From contig CAYZDH010000002.1 of NCBI GenBank assembly GCA_964477025.1, positions 1 to 43,148 on the forward strand: a stretch of 43,148 nucleotides of DNA, read 5' to 3'. The translations under genes and the position numbers were made by a program. The stretch comes from an uncultured Rhodospirillaceae bacterium. GTDB taxonomy: Bacteria; Pseudomonadota; Alphaproteobacteria; MPNO01; UBA2964. The notes under the pieces were generated by a model, which was given only the letters and a program-made list of their open reading frames with translations, was not told the origin of the DNA and made no database searches. Of the stretch, positions 26,781-35,289 are shown one piece after another (position 1 is the stretch's first letter; each line of letters begins with the position of its first letter).

Positions 26781-27908
26781 ATGAAAATTAAAAACGTTCA
26801 AGCGACACCCCTGAAAATCCCTGTAAATTTTGAAGATCTGGGGGTTGATCACAAAAGCTTTAATAATGTGACTCACGTGGAGGTAGAGACAGATAACGGC
26901 TTATTGGGTTATGGATTAACGTCTATTACCCAATCTCGTCCGGTAGCCGAAGTTATTAACTCTGTGCTAGGTCCAGCTATAATTGGAATGGATCCAACCC
27001 TTCACGAACGTGTCTGGGATAGATTATATTGGACAGCTACACCATGGGGCCAGTCTGGCTACGCATCACATGCCATAAGCGCGATAGATTTGGCGCTTTG
27101 GGATATTAAAGGCAGACAACAGAATTTACCGGTTTGGAGGCTCCTCGGCGGAGCACATACGAATATACCAATTTATGCGACCTGTGGTTTTTCATTTATG
27201 TCAAATAGTGAAGTGATCGAGGTTGTGGGACGTGTGATTGAAAAAGGTTTTACGGGGGTTAAATTACAAGTCGGGAGGCCTGGCCTCGACTACAAGGGTA
27301 AGTCTCCAAGCCTAAACCAATTAATTAAAGATGATATTAAGAGGGTCAGAGATATAAGAGAAGCAGTCGGACCGGCTGTTGAAATTGCGGTGGATGCGGC
27401 TTGTCGCCTTGATTACGTTAGCGCGCTTAAGTTGTGTGAAGGACTTAAAGACCTAAATATAAGCTTCTTTGAAGAGCCAATAGCACAAAACGATGTAAAT
27501 TTGTTGGCGAAGTTAAGACAAAAGACTTCTATCCCTCTTTCCGCGGGGCAAAATGAAGGATTGTCCTATCGGTTTCGAGATTTTCTAGTGTCGCAGGCCG
27601 TTGATGTAATTCAGCCTAATTTAATTATAACGGGTGGAGTTACACAGTGCCTAAGGATCGCTGGGATGGCTTCTGCGTTTAATGTGCTAATTTCAAATGG
27701 CGGCGGTGCCCCATTACATAATGGTCATTTTCAGGCTGGGGTGACGAATGGTACAGCGGTCGAATATCAATACAATGCTGTTGCCGCCTGTGACGTTCTG
27801 TATGGCGTTAAACCAGTGCACGAAAATGGATGTATGGTATTAGGTGAGGACCCGGGATTTGGACTGCAGCCAAAGGAAGAAGTTATAAAATACGCTGCAG
27901 ACCTATAA
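26781..27908 (+). CDS. enolase-superfamily enzyme (mandelate racemase / muconate lactonizing enzyme family)
   Basis: 375 aa. It has the capping-domain motif AISAIDLALWDIKGR and the barrel motifs VDAACRLD, FFEEPI, AGQNEG and VDVIQPNLIITGG. Confidence 0.85.
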   Translation: MKIKNVQATPLKIPVNFEDLGVDHKSFNNVTHVEVETDNGLLGYGLTSITQSRPVAEVINSVLGPAIIGMDPTLHERVWDRLYWTATPWGQSGYASHAISAIDLALWDIKGRQQNLPVWRLLGGAHTNIPIYATCGFSFMSNSEVIEVVGRVIEKGFTGVKLQVGRPGLDYKGKSPSLNQLIKDDIKRVRDIREAVGPAVEIAVDAACRLDYVSALKLCEGLKDLNISFFEEPIAQNDVNLLAKLRQKTSIPLSAGQNEGLSYRFRDFLVSQAVDVIQPNLIITGGVTQCLRIAGMASAFNVLISNGGGAPLHNGHFQAGVTNGTAVEYQYNAVAACDVLYGVKPVHENGCMVLGEDPGFGLQPKEEVIKYAADL

Positions 27909-27942
27909 ATTTTAACTGGGGTGTCCTTCCGGCCTGTTTTTA

Positions 27943-28746
27943 TTAGTCCGTAACACCCAAGAAAACATTATCAAGGTCAGAAAGAAAATGTTTTGCGTAT
28001 GGTGCGGATTGAGTGAGCATCTCTAATCTTGCCTTCCCCTCAGGGCCAACGCCAACTCCCGGGGGGGTTAAATTCTGGTTTCGTTCAACCATGGCGGTAT
28101 AACTTTCTTTGAATTTCTCAATGCTTTCTACTTTGAAGACAAAGTGATCTGGTCCGGAACGAGAAATTCCAGTGTTTGCATACTTAGTGATATCCCATGG
28201 GGCCAATACGACGGTCATATGGCCGTCACTGACATAATAATTTTCGTCGCCTTCTTCTCGGTTGCCCATATTTAGGCCTAAAATATCACAATAAAATTCG
28301 GCACATTTTTCAGGGTTTAAAGTTCTAATTGCAAAGTGAGTAATTTGACGGTCTTGCGTCCATTCGCCGTCGGTATAGACGTCTTTTTTATTATTCTTGT
28401 CGGCATGAGATAAATCAAAAATATTACCATCCGGGTCATGAGTTGTAATTCCTGCAAATGGCCTGTTGCTGGGTCTTTTGAGGGCTTTTACCTTAGGAAA
28501 TTTTCTAGCCATACGGTCCAAAATGTCTCCAACATCATCCACCTCTACGCCGAAGTGATCTAACCCTCCCGGGCGTCCGGGACGTCTTGGATTGATATTT
28601 AAACCTACGTAGCCGTCTCCAACAGTGACGGCGCTTTCCGGACGTGACCTGGCTGCTGTTTTCATCCCAAATAAGACTTCATAAAACTTCCCCAACATAG
28701 CGTATTGGGTAGACATCATGGCTACGTGATTGATTTTTGTACTCAT
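27943..28746 (-). CDS. two-domain VOC (glyoxalase / extradiol dioxygenase) family protein
   Basis: I chose the ATG (Met11) 5 nt after GGAGA. Two beta-alpha-beta-beta-beta modules begin INHVAM... and ITHFAIRT..., each with a DHF motif (LDHFGVEV, PDHFVFKV). Confidence 0.8.
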   Translation of the reverse strand: MSTKINHVAMMSTQYAMLGKFYEVLFGMKTAARSRPESAVTVGDGYVGLNINPRRPGRPGGLDHFGVEVDDVGDILDRMARKFPKVKALKRPSNRPFAGITTHDPDGNIFDLSHADKNNKKDVYTDGEWTQDRQITHFAIRTLNPEKCAEFYCDILGLNMGNREEGDENYYVSDGHMTVVLAPWDITKYANTGISRSGPDHFVFKVESIEKFKESYTAMVERNQNLTPPGVGVGPEGKARLEMLTQSAPYAKHFLSDLDNVFLGVTD

Positions 28747-28877
28747 TAGGGTCTCCAAATTCTTATGAAAAAGCACACATTTTTTTTGCGTAAATTTAAA
28801 AATAGGTTAGGCTTCAATTAAATAAAAATCTAGAAAGATTTGTAAAAAAGAAATTTTCTAAAACAGGGGGAATAAAA

Positions 28878-30179
28878 GTGTATAGGAAACGATTAAAGTT
28901 ACTTCTTTGCGTTTTAATGGGCGTGGCCTTTTCGATAACAGGGGGCGGGAATACATCCGAGGCAGGTCCTAACTTTAAAGGTAAGAGGGTTCAGTTGATT
29001 ATTGCGTCCAGTCCCGGCGGTGGAACTGACAGGATAGGACGCCTTTTATCTTCATATATGGAGAAAATTTTAGAGGGTAATCCAACTATTGTTATAAAAA
29101 ACATGGGGTCCGGTGGAGGAAAAATAAGGGCGGCGAATTACCTGATGAAAAAGGCAAAACCCGACGGCCTGACCTTTATGCAAAGTGATACGACCGTCGT
29201 TTCGCCAACCACGTTAAGGCGTAAATCGGCGAGATACGACCCCACCAAATTTGAATTTATTGGTTCACTTAACCGTGGCGGAAGCATCTTTTTTATCAAT
29301 AAAAAAGCGCATAAGCGATTGTTGGATAAGTCTAAGAAACCTGTCATCGTTGCCGCTATATCCGGAACCCGTAATTGGCAGGCCATTCCGCTCTGGGGCG
29401 CTGAGTTTCTTGGCTGGAATGTTCGATGGATCCCTGGTTATCGTGGTGTCGGCCAGATGAGCAAGGCTCTCCGTCAGGGTGAGATTGATATGTTTGCAAC
29501 AAACAATGCATTCACAATCAAGCAGCTTCAAGACGATGGGGTTATAAAGCTGATTTCTCAAGTAGGGCAGGTTCTTGGCGGAAAGATATCGCGGAGGCTT
29601 TCATATAAAGACGTTCCTGTTTTTACCGAGATGCTGGAAAGTTCCGGAAAGAAAAAAATTCCTCTACTTGCTATGCAGGGGTACAGTTCGCTGACTACCC
29701 CATCTCAGGTGGACAAGTGGATGGGGATGCCGCCTGGGACTCCAAAAAGCTACTTGAAGGCTTTTCGTGAGGCTTACAAGTCGTCAGTTAACGATCCTGC
29801 TTTCTTGAAAATTGCGCGCAAACAATTTAGCAAGGAGATCAACTACATTGACGGGCAGACGGTTGCCAAGCTTGTCGCCGCGGTTCATAGAGCTCCCACT
29901 GAGGCCGTTGATTATGCGGAAGAGTTAAAGCAGAAATATGGTCTGACGGCGTTTAAGAACAAAGTTTATGTTTTTAAAGGTAAAATAACGAAGATAAAGA
30001 AAAAAGGTAAAAGCCTTAAATTTAAAGGTGGTGGCAAGAAGGGTAAGTTAAAGGTAGGGAAAAAGACCAAAATTAAAATCGGCGGAAAAACAGCTAAACG
30101 TAAAATGCTAAAAGTGGGTATGAGCTGTACCTTCAAGACAAAAGGCATCAAAAAAGCGACAAAGATCGACTGTAAATAG
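28878..30179 (+). CDS. TctC/Bug-family periplasmic binding protein of a tripartite tricarboxylate transporter, with a ~66-aa poly-Lys C-terminal module
   Basis: GTG start with a signal peptide. The core aligns by eye with TctC (IIASSPGGGTDRIGR, KNMGSGGG, KPDGLT, IPGYRG..Q...AL..GEIDM, MPPGTP). The tail is described in the findings. Confidence 0.8.
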   Translation: MYRKRLKLLLCVLMGVAFSITGGGNTSEAGPNFKGKRVQLIIASSPGGGTDRIGRLLSSYMEKILEGNPTIVIKNMGSGGGKIRAANYLMKKAKPDGLTFMQSDTTVVSPTTLRRKSARYDPTKFEFIGSLNRGGSIFFINKKAHKRLLDKSKKPVIVAAISGTRNWQAIPLWGAEFLGWNVRWIPGYRGVGQMSKALRQGEIDMFATNNAFTIKQLQDDGVIKLISQVGQVLGGKISRRLSYKDVPVFTEMLESSGKKKIPLLAMQGYSSLTTPSQVDKWMGMPPGTPKSYLKAFREAYKSSVNDPAFLKIARKQFSKEINYIDGQTVAKLVAAVHRAPTEAVDYAEELKQKYGLTAFKNKVYVFKGKITKIKKKGKSLKFKGGGKKGKLKVGKKTKIKIGGKTAKRKMLKVGMSCTFKTKGIKKATKIDCK

Positions 30180-30246
30180 ATAAAACCTATAACTACTGGT
30201 TGAGCGCCCGGCGAATTACATACTCGTCGGGCCTTCAAAATGATCC

Positions 30247-32229
30247 ATGATTGATGCTCTACTAATCGGAATTTCTGAAATCTTGAAACCTTGGCCATTG
30301 ACGCTGATGGCTTTAGGTATCCTTGGAAGTTCCTTCTTTGCTGCTCTCCCCGGTATTGGCGTCTTACTTTTGATCACGATCGTCTTGCCGTTTGCCATCA
30401 CGTTAGACCCCTATGCAGCGATAGCATTTCTTTTGGGAATTGGAGCAGTATCAAATACCGCCAACACCTTTCCCTCTGTCTTAATCGCTGTGCCCGGCAG
30501 TGCGGGTTCGCAGGCGACAATCGTCGATGGTTTCCCTATGGCTCAAAAGGGGGAGGCTAAGAGGGCGTTTGGCGCGGCATTTGTTGCGTCGCCCCTAGGC
30601 GGTATTTTTGGAGCTGCAGTGTTGCTTTTGAGTTTGCCTATTTTAAAGCCATTGGTTCTAAGTTTTGGCTCACCAGAGTTTCTAATGTTGGTTATTTGGG
30701 GTTTGAGTGCCGTGGGTGTGTTGAGTGGCACTGCCCCCATAAAGGGATTAATCGCTGCAATTATTGGTGTTTTCATTTCAACTATTGGGATGGATAACAA
30801 AACTGGCGGCGAAAGATTTTCTTTTGAAGGCGAGTACCTTGTTGATGGGATAAGCTTAATTTTAGTCGGTTTAGGCCTTTTTGCTGTTCCCGAAATGATC
30901 GCTTTAGCGAGAAGGCGTACGTCCATAGCTGAAACCGAAGGGTTAGGGCATGGGCTACTTGAGGGAATAAAAGATGTATTTCGTAACAAGTGGCTTGCAA
31001 TAAGATGCTCCGTGATAGGCGTATGGGTTGGCGTTTTGCCTGGTTTAGGTGCATCTGTTGCTGACTGGTTCGCCTATGCCCACGCGGTGCAAACTGAGAA
31101 AAACCCAGAAAAATTCGGCAAGGGGGATGTAAGAGGCGTAATTGCACCAGAGAGCGCAAATAATGCAAAGGAAGGTGGCGCGTTAATCCCGACAATTGCC
31201 TTTGGTATTCCCGGTTCAACCTCTCTCGCCCTTATTTTAATTGCTTTTATCTCGGTTGGTATTACTCCGGGTTCGGCCATGCTAACGGATCAACTGCCAT
31301 ACACTATGGCAATGATTTTTGTATTGGTTATCGCCAATATTTTCGCGGCGGGGCTGGCAATTGGGGCAGCGGGCCAATTTGCCAAATTAAGCTTAATGCC
31401 ATTTTATATCATTGTGCCTATGACATTGGTGCTATGCGTTTCCGCCGCCTACGCCGCCCATTTTGTGTGGTGGGATATTTTAACGTTTTTAGTATTTTCT
31501 GTGCTTGGCTACGTTATGAAGGTTTTGGATTGGCCGCGGCCTCCTCTTCTGGTGGCTGTTGTGCTGGGTGGTCAGCTAGAAACCTACCTTTGGCTTTCTA
31601 ATGCACGATATGGATGGGAATGGCTCACAGGGCCTGGCGTGATTGCTATCCTAATTCTAATCATACTGACGCTACTAATGCCTTTAATCCGAAGTATGAG
31701 GCAAAAGAAAAGTGCACCAGCTAGCGTTGATGGAGATGTGGTTCTCTCAAAAACTGATCGATTGTGGGATATTGGGTTTTTAATATTTGTGGGGTGCCTT
31801 TTAACGGCGGCGGCATACGTTAGCACCGACTGGGTGTTAAGAGGTGCCTTGGTAATTTATTTCCTCGCAGGGTTAGGGGTTCCCCTGGGTATCTTGCAGA
31901 TTTTGTTGCATTGGCGCTGGATAACTTCCTTCCATGCTAAAAATGATAAGCCAGTAATCACTGAGAGTTCTAAAGAGGGCGTAGTAAGGTCATTGCAGGC
32001 ATTTGCATGGTTATTTGCTCTTGCCGCCGGTGTGTGGTTCGTTGGGTTTCATATTGCTGCGGGTGCATTTGTTGTTCTTTTTATTAGGCATTACAAAGGT
32101 AAATGGATAGAGGCGCTAGTTATATTCGCTTTGTCAGAAATTTTTGTTGTCGCCGTATTCGATATTCTTTTAAATGTTTTCTGGCCTACACCCGCGTTAT
32201 TTGAACTTTTTGGTTTAACGTGGCTTTAA
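30247..32229 (+). CDS. TctA-family large permease fused to a C-terminal TctB-like four-helix domain
   Basis: 660 aa. Residues 1 to ~488 have the TctA pattern and length. Residues ~489-660 (nt ~31711-32226) add about four further hydrophobic helices. No separate tctB gene is present in the locus. Confidence 0.8.
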   Translation: MIDALLIGISEILKPWPLTLMALGILGSSFFAALPGIGVLLLITIVLPFAITLDPYAAIAFLLGIGAVSNTANTFPSVLIAVPGSAGSQATIVDGFPMAQKGEAKRAFGAAFVASPLGGIFGAAVLLLSLPILKPLVLSFGSPEFLMLVIWGLSAVGVLSGTAPIKGLIAAIIGVFISTIGMDNKTGGERFSFEGEYLVDGISLILVGLGLFAVPEMIALARRRTSIAETEGLGHGLLEGIKDVFRNKWLAIRCSVIGVWVGVLPGLGASVADWFAYAHAVQTEKNPEKFGKGDVRGVIAPESANNAKEGGALIPTIAFGIPGSTSLALILIAFISVGITPGSAMLTDQLPYTMAMIFVLVIANIFAAGLAIGAAGQFAKLSLMPFYIIVPMTLVLCVSAAYAAHFVWWDILTFLVFSVLGYVMKVLDWPRPPLLVAVVLGGQLETYLWLSNARYGWEWLTGPGVIAILILIILTLLMPLIRSMRQKKSAPASVDGDVVLSKTDRLWDIGFLIFVGCLLTAAAYVSTDWVLRGALVIYFLAGLGVPLGILQILLHWRWITSFHAKNDKPVITESSKEGVVRSLQAFAWLFALAAGVWFVGFHIAAGAFVVLFIRHYKGKWIEALVIFALSEIFVVAVFDILLNVFWPTPALFELFGLTWL

Positions 32230-32322
32230 CTTTTTAGTTGGTGTCACTTGACCATCAAAATCAGCGTGTAATACTTCCTTTTAAATACCAATAAAAAATT
32301 AAGGGGTATAGGGAGGGCTGAG

Positions 32323-33621
32323 ATGCAGACAATCAAATATGTTCTTTGTTTGGGACTATTTTCATTATTTCTTTTTAATTCCAAAGGCAGCTTCGCCGAG
32401 GCGCAAAGTTTAAAAAGCTTTTATAAAGGAAAAACCCTAACAGTTATGATTGGGTATGGTGCGGGCGGTGGATATGACATGTATTCCCGGACACTTGCTC
32501 GTTTTATTTCTAAACATATCCCTGGGAACCCTAAAGTCGTCGGTAAAAATATGCCGGGTGCTGGCTCCTTAAAGCTTGCTAACTGGATGTACTCAGTTGC
32601 CCCTAAAAATGGAACTGTTTTTGCGACTATAGCGCGTGGTGCGCCGGTGCATTCTCTTTTAGGTGGAAAGGGAGCACGTTTCGATGCTACCAAATTTAAT
32701 TGGCTTGGTAGTATGAATAACGAAGTTAGTGTTTGCGCTACAACCTTTAGGGCCCCTGCTAAAACTTTTGCGGATCTCCAGAAAAATGAAACTATAATCG
32801 GGGGCGGGGGAAAAAGCTCTGATAACGAAGTTTTTGCTATGTTTGTTCAAAACCTCCTCGGTGCAAAGTTTAAGTTAATATCTGGCTACCCGGGAATGAA
32901 GGTTATGTTCTTGGCTATGCAGCGCGGTGAAATTGACGGCGTGTGTGGATGGAGTTGGACTGGTGTAAAAAAACAAAAAGTGGCTGTAGATTGGTACAAT
33001 GCAAATAAATTGAATGTTGTGCTTCAATTCGCACTACAAAAACACCCAGAATAGCCAAAAGTCCCTTTAATCACTGATTTTGCAAAAACGGCAAGCGAGA
33101 AAGCTCAAATGGAGCTGATCTTTTCCAGGCAGACTATGGGTCGTCCTTATCTTTTTCCTCCGGGAGTAAAGCGGGAACGTGTGGAAATGATGCGGAAGGC
33201 ATTCATTGCAACTATGAAGGATCCAAATTTTAACGCTTTTGCTAAGCGAACTAAGATGGAAGTTAATTACGTTTCGGGCAGCGATGTTCAAATGTTGGTT
33301 AATAGAGTTTTGAACACGCCCAAAGAAACGGTGATGGCGGCAATATCAAACACTAGACACCGAGGAAAAATTGAGAAAGTAAAACTTAATTACGTAAAGG
33401 CTACCGGGATTGTCGTTGGAGTAAAAAAGAAAGGGCGGAAGCTCGTACTTAAAGTTAACGGTAAGAAAGTTAAAACAAAGGTCTCTGGTAAAAGGAGTAA
33501 GGTCTTAGTTAATGGGAAAAAGGTTAAAAGAGGGGCAGTTAAGAACGGCATGCGTTGTGAGTTGACTTGGCTTGGGTCTGGAACGGAGTCAAAAAAGGTT
33601 GATTGTCAAACCTCTAAATAG
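32323..33621 (+). pseudogene. second TctC/Bug-family binding protein gene, interrupted by a single in-frame TAG (33052-33054); same poly-Lys C-terminal module
   Basis: ORFs 32323..33054 and 33109..33621 are in the same frame. Translation reads ...LQKHPE*PKVPLITDFAKT..., which is continuous with the TctC alignment of the paralogue (..RRLSYKDVPVFTEM..). There are no other disruptions. Confidence 0.65.
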
Positions 33622-33702
33622 CTCGAAATGGTTAACCAATTCGGGATGCTCGAGCTAATAGATACCGGGAAGAGTTAGATAGTATTTTAAAAGGAAACCA
33701 GT

Positions 33703-35289
33703 GTGTTTGATCCAATTTCAAGTACAGAGGACGCTGAGCTTTATAGAGAAAAATTTGATGAAATTTTTGATGTTATTGTTGTCGGCTATGGGTTTGGTGG
33801 CGCGGTAGCCGCTATAGAAGCAGCTGATAATGGCGCTAAAGTGTTGTTATGTGAGAAAATGCCTCAGCCCGGAGGTGTGTCAATTTGTTCTGGAGGAGCG
33901 GTCAGGTGTGCTGAAGATGCGGATGACGCATTTAAATATTTAAAAGCGACAAATTCCGGTACTACGCCTGATGATGTTTTGAGGGTTCTAGCCGAGGGTA
34001 TGACTGAGGCTGAGGATTATGTAAAAAAGTTAATTGAGACGGTGGAGGGTGTTTCAATAAAAGATACGGAATTCTCCGGAAAAAGGGGGGGGAACTACCC
34101 GTTTCCTGGTTGGGAGACATTTTATCATACTCAGGTTGAGGTTCCGGACTCCTTCGACCGTTTGAAATACTTCCCGCACGTGCGAACTAGGCCGAGTTCT
34201 GGTGGTCCAGGGATGTTTTGGGTCTTGGACCACAATATTAAGGCCAGAAATATAACTGTTAAAGTTAACTCCCCTGTCAATAAACTTATCAAAAATAGCG
34301 ATGGAGAAGTTTGCGGATTAGCTATCTCTGTAAATGATAAAGATATGCGGGTGGGGTCGAGGCAGGGGGTTATCCTGGCATGCGGGGGTTTTGAGTATAA
34401 TGAAGAGATGAAATCCCAATACTGGGAGGGAAAGCCTGTTTTGACAGCATCTTCTAGAGGGAACACGGGAGACGGGATAAGGATGGCCCAATCAATGGGG
34501 GCGGACCTTTGGCACATGTGGCATTTTCATGGTTGTTACGCCTTTAAACATCCGGATCCAAAATTTCCATTTGCACTCCGTGTAAAAAGACTACCGGACT
34601 GGAATCCACTAAATAAAGATGAGGCAGATGTGAAAATGGTTTGGGTCGTTCTTGACCAGCTTGGCCGGCGTTATATGAACGAGTGCCCACCATATGCTCA
34701 AGATACATCCCACCGTCCTATGCATTTTATGGATAGTGAAACAATGAGTTATCCAAGAAATCCATCTTGGTTAATTACGGATCAAAATGGCTCTTCGACA
34801 TATCAAATTGGGGATATCCGCACTAATGATCCCGAGTATACCTATGACTGGAGTGAGGACAATTCGCAGGAATTACGATTAGGAATTTTAAAGGAAGCAA
34901 ATTCAATTGATACCCTGGCTGATCAGTTAGAGGTGGATCGTAAGGTTCTAAATTCAACAATAGATCGATGGAACGAACTCTGTGATTTGGGGGAAGATTT
35001 AGATTTCAAAAGACCACCGGGTACTATGGCGAAAATCGATACCCCACCTTTTATTTATGGCAAAGTTTGGCCGGCGGTATCAAACACGCAAGGTGGGCCT
35101 GTGCACAACGCAAAGCAACAAATTTTAAATACCGCAGGTGACCCGATCCCCAGGTTGTATGCTTCTGGCGAACTGGGCAGCAGTTTCGGTCATCTTTACC
35201 TGTCTGGTGGAAATATTGCTGAGTGTTTTGTGACCGGCTGGATTTCTGGCCGTGAGGTGTCTTCTCTTCAACCGCTAGATAATCTATAG
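33703..35289 (+). CDS. FAD-binding flavoprotein of the fumarate reductase / 3-ketosteroid dehydrogenase type
   Basis: GTG start. It has the N-terminal motif DVIVVGYGFGGAVAAIEAADNGAKVLLCEK and the C-terminal motif LYASGELGSSFGHLYLSGGNIAECFVTG. Confidence 0.85.
   Translation: MFDPISSTEDAELYREKFDEIFDVIVVGYGFGGAVAAIEAADNGAKVLLCEKMPQPGGVSICSGGAVRCAEDADDAFKYLKATNSGTTPDDVLRVLAEGMTEAEDYVKKLIETVEGVSIKDTEFSGKRGGNYPFPGWETFYHTQVEVPDSFDRLKYFPHVRTRPSSGGPGMFWVLDHNIKARNITVKVNSPVNKLIKNSDGEVCGLAISVNDKDMRVGSRQGVILACGGFEYNEEMKSQYWEGKPVLTASSRGNTGDGIRMAQSMGADLWHMWHFHGCYAFKHPDPKFPFALRVKRLPDWNPLNKDEADVKMVWVVLDQLGRRYMNECPPYAQDTSHRPMHFMDSETMSYPRNPSWLITDQNGSSTYQIGDIRTNDPEYTYDWSEDNSQELRLGILKEANSIDTLADQLEVDRKVLNSTIDRWNELCDLGEDLDFKRPPGTMAKIDTPPFIYGKVWPAVSNTQGGPVHNAKQQILNTAGDPIPRLYASGELGSSFGHLYLSGGNIAECFVTGWISGREVSSLQPLDNL

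Noticed and set aside
29979-30176. The Lys-rich tails as an artefact of A-rich homopolymer slippage or translation of non-coding DNA.
   Set aside because: Two separate genes end with alignable tails, sharing the same Gly, hydrophobic and Cys positions, while their nucleotide sequences differ. Both frames stay open to a stop shortly after the second conserved Cys.
30543-31826. Antisense ORFs of 148, 145, 68 and 80 aa inside the tctA fusion gene. Similar ones occur inside the nuo genes (37630-38037, 39935-40411, 41160-41564, 41743-41958).
   Set aside because: These are shadow ORFs of well-supported membrane or respiratory genes, with no independent signals.
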